Origin: Candidatus Cryosericum sp.
GTDB taxonomy: Bacteria > Caldisericota > Caldisericia > Cryosericales > Cryosericaceae
Direction: 5' to 3'
Assembly (NCBI GenBank): GCA_049699855.1
Contig: JBNAWM010000013.1
Coordinates: 1-19,419 of the forward strand
DNA: 19,419 bases
Positions 8,630 to 16,582 of the stretch are shown piece by piece; the stretch's first letter is position 1, and each line of letters opens with the position of its first letter. The position numbers and the translations under genes were made by a program. The notes beneath the pieces are model-generated. The model was given only the letters and a program-made list of their open reading frames with translations, had not been told where the DNA came from and did not search any database.

Positions 8630-9220
8630 GACGAGACTCACTCCTTCCGTGGCGTAGATGTCCTCAAACAGGGCGATAATTTCATCGGTTGCGCGCGTAT
8701 CCAGGTTGCCGGTCGGCTCATCGGCCAGGATGACGGTCGGATGATTGATCAATGCGCGTGCAATAGCCACTCTCTGTTCTTCTCCTCCTGACAGTTCTGA
8801 AGGGAGGTGAGTTGCTCGTTCCCACAGATTGACGCGCTCCAGCAGTTTCATCGCCCGCTTCTTGCGTTCATTCTTGTCCCGAAGCCCGTCATAGTACAGG
8901 GGAAGCGCAACGTTCTCCCACGCCATCAAGTCCGGCAGGAGATTGTACGTCTGGAATACAAAGCCGATCGCCTTTCTCCTGAGCCGTGACGCGCTCGTGT
9001 CGTTCAGGTCTGTGATGTTCCTGTCCTCGAAGTACACCGCTCCCCGTGTCGGTGTATCAATAGTTCCCATGATGTTGAGGAGTGTTGTCTTGCCCGACCC
9101 AGACGTGCCGGTGACAGAGACGTACTCGTGCTCTGCAAGTTCAAGTGACACTCCCTGCAGCGCATTGACCTCAACTCCTTTCTTCTCATAGACTTTCCAG
9201 ACATCTTCCAGGCGTATCAC
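7808..9220 (-). CDS. ABC transporter ATP-binding protein, LolD/MacB family (real domain about 8555-9220; remainder is run-on antisense to the ccdA-like gene)
   Basis: GTSGSGKT, IGFVFQ, LSGGEEQRVAIARAL, ILADEPTGNLD, VTH, ending IHLVDGRIEE at about aa 222. GGAGG upstream of GTG 9220. No stop at the expected position. Confidence 0.9.
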   Translation of the reverse strand: MIRLEDVWKVYEKKGVEVNALQGVSLELAEHEYVSVTGTSGSGKTTLLNIMGTIDTPTRGAVYFEDRNITDLNDTSASRLRRKAIGFVFQTYNLLPDLMAWENVALPLYYDGLRDKNERKKRAMKLLERVNLWERATHLPSELSGGEEQRVAIARALINHPTVILADEPTGNLDTRATDEIIALFEDIYATEGVSLVLVTHNLEIADRATRCIHLVDGRIEEQRYAYVPSFPPPGQEQDGKEGEEETVEQLGGRKMAGEPGAQTLGGDPCCCKDGDDKKGEDKQEVVQEKQEDSMAVKTLVGNDESDGRQVGLARAEELQKSYRECDEECSDWHQAAACDGTDQGTDPALLLSGELQGHLLSMSMSRTDCITEGKGSKEGGQETRDPVEPAGDGTEPAGTGDDPLQTKTGKEVGTEDTSSKGAACQEDLSAGTTAENDVGEEEEEGGKGTGIDAVDQTGTKDRTDGKSGG

Positions 9221-9244
9221 GGTTCCTCCCTATGAAGCAAGTAG

Positions 9245-11686
9245 CTATTCCCTGTGCAGCGCCTCTACCGGTGTGATGCTGGAGGCATACCGTGCCGGGA
9301 TGTACGAGGCGAGCAGGAGACACGCACAACAACTCACGACAAAGCCGAGCAGGAGGCCGGGTTGCAGAGAGAACGTCATTCCTTCGCTCTTGGCCAGGAC
9401 AAAACTTGCCAGAGCACCCCCGCCAACCCCGATACCCAACGCTGTCAGACCGATCCTTAGTCCCTTCCACAGGAACTCCTGCTGAATCATCCGTCGCTCT
9501 GCCCCGACAGCCCGCTTGATCCCAATCTCTCTGGTCTTCTGGACCCCTTCGATCAGGAACATGGCTGTAAGATAGAGCAATGCCGACAGGAACGAACAGA
9601 GGGTGAAGACCAACAACAGGCCATACGCCCCTTCTCGAGAACGGATAATGGCACCGATGGTTTCGCGCACGTCGATGGCGCTTCCCCGAGAATATCCTGG
9701 GTGTCTGCTCTCGAGGAGACTGAGGATGGTTTCTGTGATCCCCTCGTTATCCTGTCTGTCAATAGGCTTCACCAGCAGGAGGACTGACAACTCTTGAGGA
9801 CTCAGAATCGTATAGGAATCTGCCAGAGGAACGTATACAGTGTCGTCTATCAAGGAGGAATGAGCTTGGAGAATGCCTATGACGTCGTCTCCCATGAGAG
9901 TGTCACCGATTTTCAGATTCATGGACTCTGCAACATCAGTGCCTATGACGCATCTTGCAGCGTCAGCATCGGTGAGGAATCTGCCCGCCTCCATCGTCAT
10001 GCCATAGATCGCAGGAAAATCCTCGGTGGCACCGGAGATGCGTAGGCTGAAGTCTCCTCCCGACGGCAGCGGAATGGTCGCACTCATTGGGGTGACTATC
10101 CTGCATCCAACCAACGCCCGGCCCGCTAGGGCTTCGCGGATAGCGCGGTAGTCGTCAAGGGAGTACTTGGCCCCCACGTCAGCGTAGGGAATCGTAGATT
10201 GTACTGGGCTGATCCAGAAGGCCTCTTCGGGAACGTCAAGGAGGAGGTCTTGAGTTGTCTGCTGTATAGTGTTCATCTGAGAAACCGAGATGAACATGGC
10301 GCCAACGGTGACGATCATCACGAGAGCCAGGGCAACGATGAATCGTGTCTGCCTCTGTGCCATATTGGCAGACGGCGACAGGAGACGGGAGGGACCCCCT
10401 TGCAGCGCCCGGAGAGTGACCGCGGCGGAAACTGTGACAACAAGGACGGCCAGCAACCCGAATGCGGCCACAACGGCGGTAGTGTCGATGCGAAGAGGGA
10501 GAACATCCGCGGCGGATCGATAAGGGCTGACATACTCTCCCAAGGCATTGTACTTGGTGAACAGAGGGAGAAGCAGTTGGAGCGTTACAACCGCGATCGG
10601 GAAGATCATGCAGAGCAAGCTCAGAAGGACAGCAGCGTGTTCACGCGTGACCTGCACCTTCGTTGCGCCGATGGACATCCTGATCCCCTGTTCGCGTTGT
10701 CTCGATGACATGTTGAAATATATGAGACTGCCGATGGTCATGATTCCAATGAGAAGGGTGAGGGCGGACGATGCGGAAAGAGTCTTGACACGCTCTCTCC
10801 GCACTTGGACGCCAAGGGAATTCTCAAATTCCCACGTTGAGGATGAGGTCACCGCATTGTACTTCTCGTTACCAAGGATTTCCCGGATCTTCGCCAGCAG
10901 CCTTTGTTCATGTCCTTCTTGTGGGATGATCCACAATTGAGGTCTTGCTGGCAGAGGGATGATCTGACCGTCGCCCCGCACATAGGACGTCATACGTGTT
11001 CCTGGCCGATACGGTATCACGACGGAGGCTGGCAGGCTTGTGCTTCCGAGGTACGAAGAGGGTATACGGGCGAGGACTCCGATGACCGTGAACTGTTCCT
11101 TCCCCGTATTGGTATACACCGTGACGCTCTTACCAAGTATGTCGGGTTCCGTGACGATGTTCTTTGCATAGTCTTCTTGTATCAGAAGAACGTTGAGGGG
11201 GTCGCTTTTCTGGAAGTACCTCCCCTCCTTGAGAGGCGGGTGGAGTGCCGAGAGATAATCAGCTGTCATCGGACAGACTACGTCGCCGAGTCCAACGGGG
11301 GCTTCCACCGTCCAACGAATGATGGAATCCATTTGATCGAATTCAAAAACGGCTGCGATGTCACTCAGACGTCGGATACGGGCAACCTCCATGTTGGTGA
11401 GGGCGGGAGGGGGGGTGTCATGCTGGGACAGGAATGATGAGGCAGTGATTTCGGCGGCGGAGTAGTAGACAAGATTGTTCAGCTTGTTCATCCCCTCGGA
11501 GACTCCCATGATCAGTCTCGAGAAGTATCCCAGCTCACCAACTCTGATGGTAGAAGCGTAGGGGGTTCTCCGCATGTAATCGTCCAGTTCCCTGTCGAGG
11601 CTCGTGATGTTGACGCAGACGTAGAGAGTGCAGAAAGACGCCATGAACATCACAATGGCAACAATAGCGTTGATCATCTTTCTCAT
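9245..11686 (-). CDS. Duplicated MacB/FtsX-type ABC permease (intact; start ATG 11686 or GTG 11701)
   Basis: Two periplasmic domains (LKEGRYF...FTVIGVL; MEAGRFL...CVIG...VIGIL). Two FtsX signatures REQGIRMSIGAT and REIGIKRAVGAE. C-terminal YIPARYASSITPVEALHRE. Confidence 0.92.
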   Translation of the reverse strand: MRKMINAIVAIVMFMASFCTLYVCVNITSLDRELDDYMRRTPYASTIRVGELGYFSRLIMGVSEGMNKLNNLVYYSAAEITASSFLSQHDTPPPALTNMEVARIRRLSDIAAVFEFDQMDSIIRWTVEAPVGLGDVVCPMTADYLSALHPPLKEGRYFQKSDPLNVLLIQEDYAKNIVTEPDILGKSVTVYTNTGKEQFTVIGVLARIPSSYLGSTSLPASVVIPYRPGTRMTSYVRGDGQIIPLPARPQLWIIPQEGHEQRLLAKIREILGNEKYNAVTSSSTWEFENSLGVQVRRERVKTLSASSALTLLIGIMTIGSLIYFNMSSRQREQGIRMSIGATKVQVTREHAAVLLSLLCMIFPIAVVTLQLLLPLFTKYNALGEYVSPYRSAADVLPLRIDTTAVVAAFGLLAVLVVTVSAAVTLRALQGGPSRLLSPSANMAQRQTRFIVALALVMIVTVGAMFISVSQMNTIQQTTQDLLLDVPEEAFWISPVQSTIPYADVGAKYSLDDYRAIREALAGRALVGCRIVTPMSATIPLPSGGDFSLRISGATEDFPAIYGMTMEAGRFLTDADAARCVIGTDVAESMNLKIGDTLMGDDVIGILQAHSSLIDDTVYVPLADSYTILSPQELSVLLLVKPIDRQDNEGITETILSLLESRHPGYSRGSAIDVRETIGAIIRSREGAYGLLLVFTLCSFLSALLYLTAMFLIEGVQKTREIGIKRAVGAERRMIQQEFLWKGLRIGLTALGIGVGGGALASFVLAKSEGMTFSLQPGLLLGFVVSCCACLLLASYIPARYASSITPVEALHRE

Positions 11687-11717
11687 GTCGGGAAACCCCA
11701 CGAGTCAGTTTGCGTTG

Positions 11718-12002
11718 TCAAGGGCAGTAATTCTGGCACCCAAGAATGAGATAGCCAGTGCAAATACCGGAATAGGGATAGTGGGTTGGTGTTGTGCACA
11801 CTCCTTCATAGACATTCCAGTATCTGATTCCGTTGAGGGAACAGTCGAAAAGACACCCGATACAGTACGCTCCGGGTACGTAGCACTCCGCTGGCCAGTC
11901 TTCCGCAAGAACGGTTCTGCCCAAGGGGCTCAGAAGACCTGCCAGCAAGATAGCGCAGAGTAGGAATAGAACGGTCATCCGACAGCGTCTCACGTTTGTC
12001 AT
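11718..12002 (-). CDS. Secreted cysteine-rich small peptide B (94 aa; about 61-aa mature region with 8 Cys)
   Basis: Strong RBS AAGGAGGT 8 nt before the ATG. Signal peptide ending V-L-A. Mature EDWPAECYVPGAYCIGCLFDC...CQNYCP. Fits between the thioredoxin gene and the permease. Confidence 0.85.
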   Translation of the reverse strand: MTNVRRCRMTVLFLLCAILLAGLLSPLGRTVLAEDWPAECYVPGAYCIGCLFDCSLNGIRYWNVYEGVCTTPTHYPYSGICTGYLILGCQNYCP

Positions 12003-12008
12003 ATAGTA

Positions 12009-13124
12009 TTACCTCCTTTCTTCTAGGACCTTCTTGCACTCTCTGAAGAGATTGGCACACTTGTCTGGCGTATCGAACTTGACCGCATTGATGTTCAATA
12101 CCTGTCCCTCGGCATCCAGCATGCACATGAAGGGACCGCCTACCAAGGCAATTCTGTTGGAGATCTCGAAGAAATCATCTTCGATCACAGCCGCGCTCTT
12201 GAAGTCCTTTGTCTCTTGCAGCACGTACGCTAAGTCGATTTGCCTGGACAATTCCGCCTCTTTGGCCTCATACTCAAGTTGTTTCAGGGAAAAGCGTTCC
12301 GCAAAATCCAGGTTGCGTTGGACAGTATCCTCCGTGATGCCTGCGAAAACGATTACTTTGTTGACGGCAACATCATTTGCCAAGGCAGATGCCGACAGGG
12401 TCTCCACAAGATCCTTGCTTGCCTTGCTGGAAGAGTACAGGAAGAGCATGAGAGTCGGTTTTCCCAGATAATCGGTTGGCAAGTTGATCGCTGTTCCTCT
12501 GTCGCTGTAAGTGATCTTAGGAAAAGGTTTCCCGATGTCGATGTTATCCTGGTAGCCATCAAAGACCGTCTTGCCGAGGGAGAAATCTCTGATCCTCTCT
12601 TCGTATTTCTTGCAGTCTGTTATCAAGAAGCCCGTGTTCTTCCACACAACTCGATTGCTGTCATCGACAAAGAAGATGCTCGGGGTGCTGGGTTCTCCAA
12701 AGGTTTTATAAAGATGACTGGTATGATCGGCGATGATGTGGAAATTGGGGTCAGATTTCAGCTCGGCATAGATCAGGGGGATCTGGTCACTCTTCTCTAT
12801 ATAGCAGAAAGAAACATCTCTGAACTCCCGCACCCATTCGATCAACGGAAATGTGAGATAGGTACAACTGCCGCACGCTTTGTTACTAAAGATCAGTATT
12901 TTGCGTCCCTCAAGAACAATGCTGTTGTTGTTGATATCACGTGCTTGTTTCTCAATGACCGGGACGCTTCCTACAGGAAGCGATTGCTTGGGGACAAACG
13001 CTGTGCTTGTCAGGATGTTTGTCGGTCTCTTGCCGGAGAACAGGAACAGTACCGCTAGTAAGAGCGCTGCACATAGTGACACCGCAACGACGATCCTCGT
13101 CACGACCGTTCGAGGTCTTGTCAT
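12009..13124 (-). CDS. Membrane-anchored tandem thioredoxin-fold (TlpA/ResA/redoxin-like) protein, CGSC in domain 1 (371 aa)
   Basis: ATG 13124 after GGGAGGGAGAG. TM helix; KILIFSNKACGSC, FHIIAD, STPSIFFVD..RVVWK. Second domain IGKPFP...GKPTLMLFLYSSSKAS has Ser where CxxC would be. Confidence 0.8.
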   Translation of the reverse strand: MTRPRTVVTRIVVAVSLCAALLLAVLFLFSGKRPTNILTSTAFVPKQSLPVGSVPVIEKQARDINNNSIVLEGRKILIFSNKACGSCTYLTFPLIEWVREFRDVSFCYIEKSDQIPLIYAELKSDPNFHIIADHTSHLYKTFGEPSTPSIFFVDDSNRVVWKNTGFLITDCKKYEERIRDFSLGKTVFDGYQDNIDIGKPFPKITYSDRGTAINLPTDYLGKPTLMLFLYSSSKASKDLVETLSASALANDVAVNKVIVFAGITEDTVQRNLDFAERFSLKQLEYEAKEAELSRQIDLAYVLQETKDFKSAAVIEDDFFEISNRIALVGGPFMCMLDAEGQVLNINAVKFDTPDKCANLFRECKKVLEERR

Positions 13125-13258
13125 CTCTCCCTCCCCACATGTCCTTCTTGCAGGTTCTTCGTCTCGACCAATTGCCATGTAGAACAACTCACTCAGTCGA
13201 TTGACAATGTTTCCATTCCTTTTCTGACAAGATCGGTCCCTTGCTCTTTGTCGCACGT

Positions 13259-13290
13259 ATCATACTCCTCCAACGTTAAAGGAACGTTAA
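13259..13290 (-). promoter_or_regulatory. OmpR-type direct-repeat operator plus -10 box of peptide operon 2
   Basis: Minus strand reads TTAACG-ttcct-TTAACG-TTGGAGGAG-TATGAT, with the same spacing as 1334-1365. Confidence 0.75.
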
Positions 13291-13729
13291 AATCTCGACC
13301 AACAGGGGTGCGCTCTGATTGACACTGATATCTCTCCCCGTTCCCTCTTTCTGCAAGACAGGAACAGCATGTATTTGTCACCGTCGCCTGCCCTCTTCGC
13401 CCTACGTAGCTAGGATCTCGCCAAGAGTAAAGAATCCCCTCACGCCATTCTCGTCTGCTGCACCACCGACCCTGTCACTCGCGGTCTGGTGCTGTCGGCA
13501 GAGGACAAGCAGTCTAGCCACGATGCTGCAGGACTAACCGATGGTTCGATGGTGATCTGACGCGTCGTTTGTACAGTGTTCTGGGGTGTGGGTTGCGCTT
13601 CCACGACAAGGGAGCACAATACTCGCATGGAAAACGTGGGACCTGGGAACCGACTGATACTCGGCTGTGCCGATTGGAGTGTGAAGACCTTGGTGCCTGA
13701 CACCAAAGGGATTCACAATTGGTGAGGTT

Positions 13730-14446
13730 ATGGGGGTGAGGAAGCCGGAAGGGGAGCAGCGTACGAGTCCGGTCGCGGGCGCGTATGTGCTGGTGCGGTC
13801 GCGCCGGCGCTCCATCGGACTGGAGGTACGGCCGGATGCGACGCTGGTGGTGCGGGCGCCCACGCGTGTGCCGGTATGGTTTGTGGAATCCGTGCTGCGG
13901 GACAAGGCGGGTTGGATCGAGGACAAGCTGGCCAAGGCTCGCAGTCGCGCGTCGCTTGTGCCGAAGCATGACTTCCTGACGGGCGAGCGCTTTACCTACC
14001 TGGGGCGGGAGTGGCCGTTCGCAGTCGCTGCATTCCAGAAGGAGCCGCTGCTCTTTGACGAGAAAACGGGGTTCAGTCTGGATATGGTGGTATTCGACCG
14101 AGGAGAAGTGGTCTTCGAGGAGTGGTATCGCGCCCGGGCGCGTGAGCTGCTTGCTGAGCGTGTCCAGCACTACGCCCCGCTGGTTGGTGTACCGGTCCCC
14201 CCGCTGCGCATCACCGGCGCCAGGCGGCGCTGGGGCTCGTGCAGTTCGACCGGTACGGTCAGCTTTGCCTGGCGCCTTGTCATGGCTCCGATGGAGGTCG
14301 TGGATTATGTCGTCGTGCATGAACTGGCGCACCTGCGGGAGATGAACCACTCGGCACGCTTCTGGGCGGTCGTCGCGTCGGTCCTGCCAGACTACAGGGA
14401 GCGCAGGCGCTGGCTCAAGGACCACGGGGGTGCGCTGACCATCTGA
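13730..14446 (+). CDS. YgjP/DUF45-like (M48/SprT-type) zinc metalloprotein
   Basis: VRSRRRSIGLEV, VVRAP, RRRWGSCS, DYVVVHELAHLREMNHSARFW (HExxH). Confidence 0.92.
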   Translation: MGVRKPEGEQRTSPVAGAYVLVRSRRRSIGLEVRPDATLVVRAPTRVPVWFVESVLRDKAGWIEDKLAKARSRASLVPKHDFLTGERFTYLGREWPFAVAAFQKEPLLFDEKTGFSLDMVVFDRGEVVFEEWYRARARELLAERVQHYAPLVGVPVPPLRITGARRRWGSCSSTGTVSFAWRLVMAPMEVVDYVVVHELAHLREMNHSARFWAVVASVLPDYRERRRWLKDHGGALTI

Positions 14447-14587
14447 CCGGTTTTGGAAAGCAGCTTCACGTGGAATGGACGGGATCGGCCATCGCCATCA
14501 TTGTGGCGGGTTTCACCTTGACGAGGGCGGAATCAGGAGTACAACATCAGTGCTTGTGAAATAAAACCGAAAAAGAGGTGGTTCATC

Positions 14588-14821
14588 ATGAAAAGAACAA
14601 CAAGTCTCCTGATTGCGGTCTTGCTGATGGGCACGGTCATCATTGCCGCTGGTTGTGGCGGGGCCTCAGCCGCTCCTGCTCCATCGGAGACGACTCCCAC
14701 TGCCACACCGTCGCAGACGCTCAGCGAGAACCCGACCGTCACGGGAACCGAGAACCCGAGCGCGAGCTCCACGCAGACGGGCGACACGAAGGTCACCCCG
14801 CAGGGCACGGTCGGCCAGTAG
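14588..14821 (+). CDS. Small Thr/Pro/Ser-rich lipoprotein (77 aa)
   Basis: GAGGTG RBS, MKR n-region, hydrophobic stretch, lipobox IAAG-C, low-complexity tail, followed by a terminator hairpin. Confidence 0.75.
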   Translation: MKRTTSLLIAVLLMGTVIIAAGCGGASAAPAPSETTPTATPSQTLSENPTVTGTENPSASSTQTGDTKVTPQGTVGQ

Positions 14822-14844
14822 CATAGCGCTTTCTGTATGCAAGG

Positions 14845-14867
14845 AAGCCCCGCCTGGCGGGGCTTTT
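14845..14867. terminator. Intrinsic terminator between convergent genes
   Basis: AAGCCCCGC-ctg-GCGGGGCTT followed by TT, between stops at 14821 and 14869. Confidence 0.75.
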
Positions 14868-14868
14868 G

Positions 14869-15687
14869 CTATCGGTGCAAGACCCACCAGACGTCGCGGC
14901 CGGTAAAGCCACAGCGTCGGAGCAGGTGTTCGGGCTGATACGGGTTTTTCACGCGGAATGTAACGGTCGTGAAGGCAACCTTCTGTTCAAGGCGATAAAC
15001 CAGCTCCTGCACCAGCATAGTGCCCAGCCCGAGTCCTCGATAGGCGGGCAGAACCTGGATCCATTCAAGGGATGCCTCGCCGGTGATGGTGTCTGTCTCC
15101 GCAATGCCCAGTGCGGCAGGGCGCCTGGTCTTTCGGTCGATGACCCACAGCCAGCCGCCTCGGTCGAACACCGGACGCCTGGTCCAAGCTGCGATCTCGT
15201 CTGTCCCGGGCGTGGGGGTGTCATAGCAGGCGTGCAGGATGGTGGCCACCAGCGGCAGTTCAGTGGCTGTGTCGACCTCGCCGATGGCATACCCGGGGAC
15301 AGTCGCGTGCAATGGCAGCTCGTCTTCGGAGTGGATCAGGCGCAGGAAGGCCTCTCTGTGCTCGAACCAGGGGGCAAGCGGAGCGACAAAGTCATTGTGG
15401 ATCCACACGGTGGGGACGCCGTCCAGTTTCACTGACGCGGCCATCAGAGGATTTTGCGTTCGCGTGCCATAGATGAGCGTTTTGCCGGGTTCGCGCAATT
15501 CGACACCCGTTGTCTGCGCCTCGTTCGCAATGAACCTGCATTCCAGCGACGCGAGGCGTTGAACGGTCTTCCACAGGGGGTTTGGCAGGATGCGTGTCGG
15601 ATCGGCGCGGTAAAGGGCGCGAAGAGCCGCCTCATCAGAGGACGTGTTTCTCGGGGGTGCTATGACTGCTGCTTTTCGTCGGGGCAT
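14869..15687 (-). CDS. GNAT-family N-acetyltransferase (C-terminal GNAT domain)
   Basis: Acetyl-CoA motif A LEWIQVLPAYRGLGLGTML, and NPYQPEHLLRRCGF matching the motif B region. Confidence 0.85.
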   Translation of the reverse strand: MPRRKAAVIAPPRNTSSDEAALRALYRADPTRILPNPLWKTVQRLASLECRFIANEAQTTGVELREPGKTLIYGTRTQNPLMAASVKLDGVPTVWIHNDFVAPLAPWFEHREAFLRLIHSEDELPLHATVPGYAIGEVDTATELPLVATILHACYDTPTPGTDEIAAWTRRPVFDRGGWLWVIDRKTRRPAALGIAETDTITGEASLEWIQVLPAYRGLGLGTMLVQELVYRLEQKVAFTTVTFRVKNPYQPEHLLRRCGFTGRDVWWVLHR

Positions 15688-15810
15688 AGATGCAGGATAG
15701 CGCGTGCGCCGCCGGCGTCAACCAAGCTGGCGCGCAGGCATGGACATGTACCCGCTTCTGATGCGGTCTGGCGCAGTCGTGAAGGCGGATTCTCAATGTG
15801 CCGGGCTTTC

Positions 15811-15843
15811 TTTACGGCTTCTTCACGGGAGGGGCTGTACAGT
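15811..15843 (+). promoter_or_regulatory. Related OmpR-type direct repeat plus -10 upstream of the PepSY gene
   Basis: TTTACG(15811-15816)-gcttc-TTCACG(15822-15827)-GGAGGGGCTG-TACAGT(15838-15843). Same 11-bp period; 10-nt rather than 9-nt spacer to the -10. Confidence 0.55.
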
Positions 15844-15899
15844 TACGCCAGGAAGTTCAAAAAGAGCTTCCAATAATCTTGGCACACAGGAGGTGCTGG

Positions 15900-16442
15900 A
15901 TGAAACAGAGAATCGTAGTGAGTGTAGCACTGGCAGGTTTGATGGTCGCAAGCGCAGTCCTTCTTGTTGGAAGCCATAAGGTGTTTGCGGCAGGAACCGC
16001 GGCTGTTCCTACGCAGGCGACCGTCGCGGCAACTGCAGGCGATACAGAGACCGCCGACAGCAACATTCAGGAGCCGAGCTACACCGGAAGCATCAAGGTG
16101 GCTGACACCACTGCGGCGAACGAAGCAGACGAGAGTGCCGCTCTTCAGGGAAGCGCGAAGATTGCACAAGCCGACGCTGAGAAGGCTGCGCTGGCAAAGC
16201 TCCCCGGAACGGTCGTCAAGACGGGACTTGAGAATGAGAATGGGTATCTCGTCTACAGCGTCACCATCAAGGATGCTCAGGGCGCACTGAGCGAGGTCAA
16301 GGTCGATGCTGGAACTGGTTCGGTTCTCACGATGCAGGCAGCGGACGGAGCCGAGGAAAAGAGCACGGAAGCTGGTGGCGAGAAGGCCTCGACCACTGCT
16401 GACACAGACAGCGTCCAGGAGGAAGTTCAATCCGGGAACTAG
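15900..16442 (+). CDS. Secreted PepSY-domain protein (180 aa)
   Basis: AGGAGGT RBS, ATG 15900, signal peptide ending VFA. PepSY motif AKIAQADAEKAAL..PGTVVKTGLENENGYLVYSV...EVKVDAGTGSVL with acidic flanks. Confidence 0.9.
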   Translation: MKQRIVVSVALAGLMVASAVLLVGSHKVFAAGTAAVPTQATVAATAGDTETADSNIQEPSYTGSIKVADTTAANEADESAALQGSAKIAQADAEKAALAKLPGTVVKTGLENENGYLVYSVTIKDAQGALSEVKVDAGTGSVLTMQAADGAEEKSTEAGGEKASTTADTDSVQEEVQSGN

Positions 16443-16462
16443 CTTGTCTGCCTGTTTCACAG

Positions 16463-16491
16463 AAAACTCCGGGGACACCCCCGGAGTTTTT
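16463..16491. terminator. Intrinsic terminator after the PepSY gene
   Basis: AAAACTCCGGGG-acac-CCCCGGAGTTTT(T): perfect 12-bp stem ending in a U-tract. Confidence 0.85.
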
Positions 16492-16582
16492 CTCATCGCA
16501 CAACGGGACTTTTAGCATACAATGGCTTGCAGCAGCGTGTCCATAGAGACCAAGGGGTCCAGCCGCTGGAAAGAGGAGAACC

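Noticed and set aside
4936..13124. Cytochrome c maturation system II (CcdA plus ResA)
   Set aside because: No CxxCH haem motif in the peptides or neighbouring genes (peptide B has CIGCL), and no ResB/ResC-like genes.
13514..14425. Long antisense ORFs (13514-14425, 4266-5168, 12240-13058, 16592-17320, 15843-16496 and others)
   Set aside because: They shadow well-supported genes on the opposite strand and carry no recognisable motifs.
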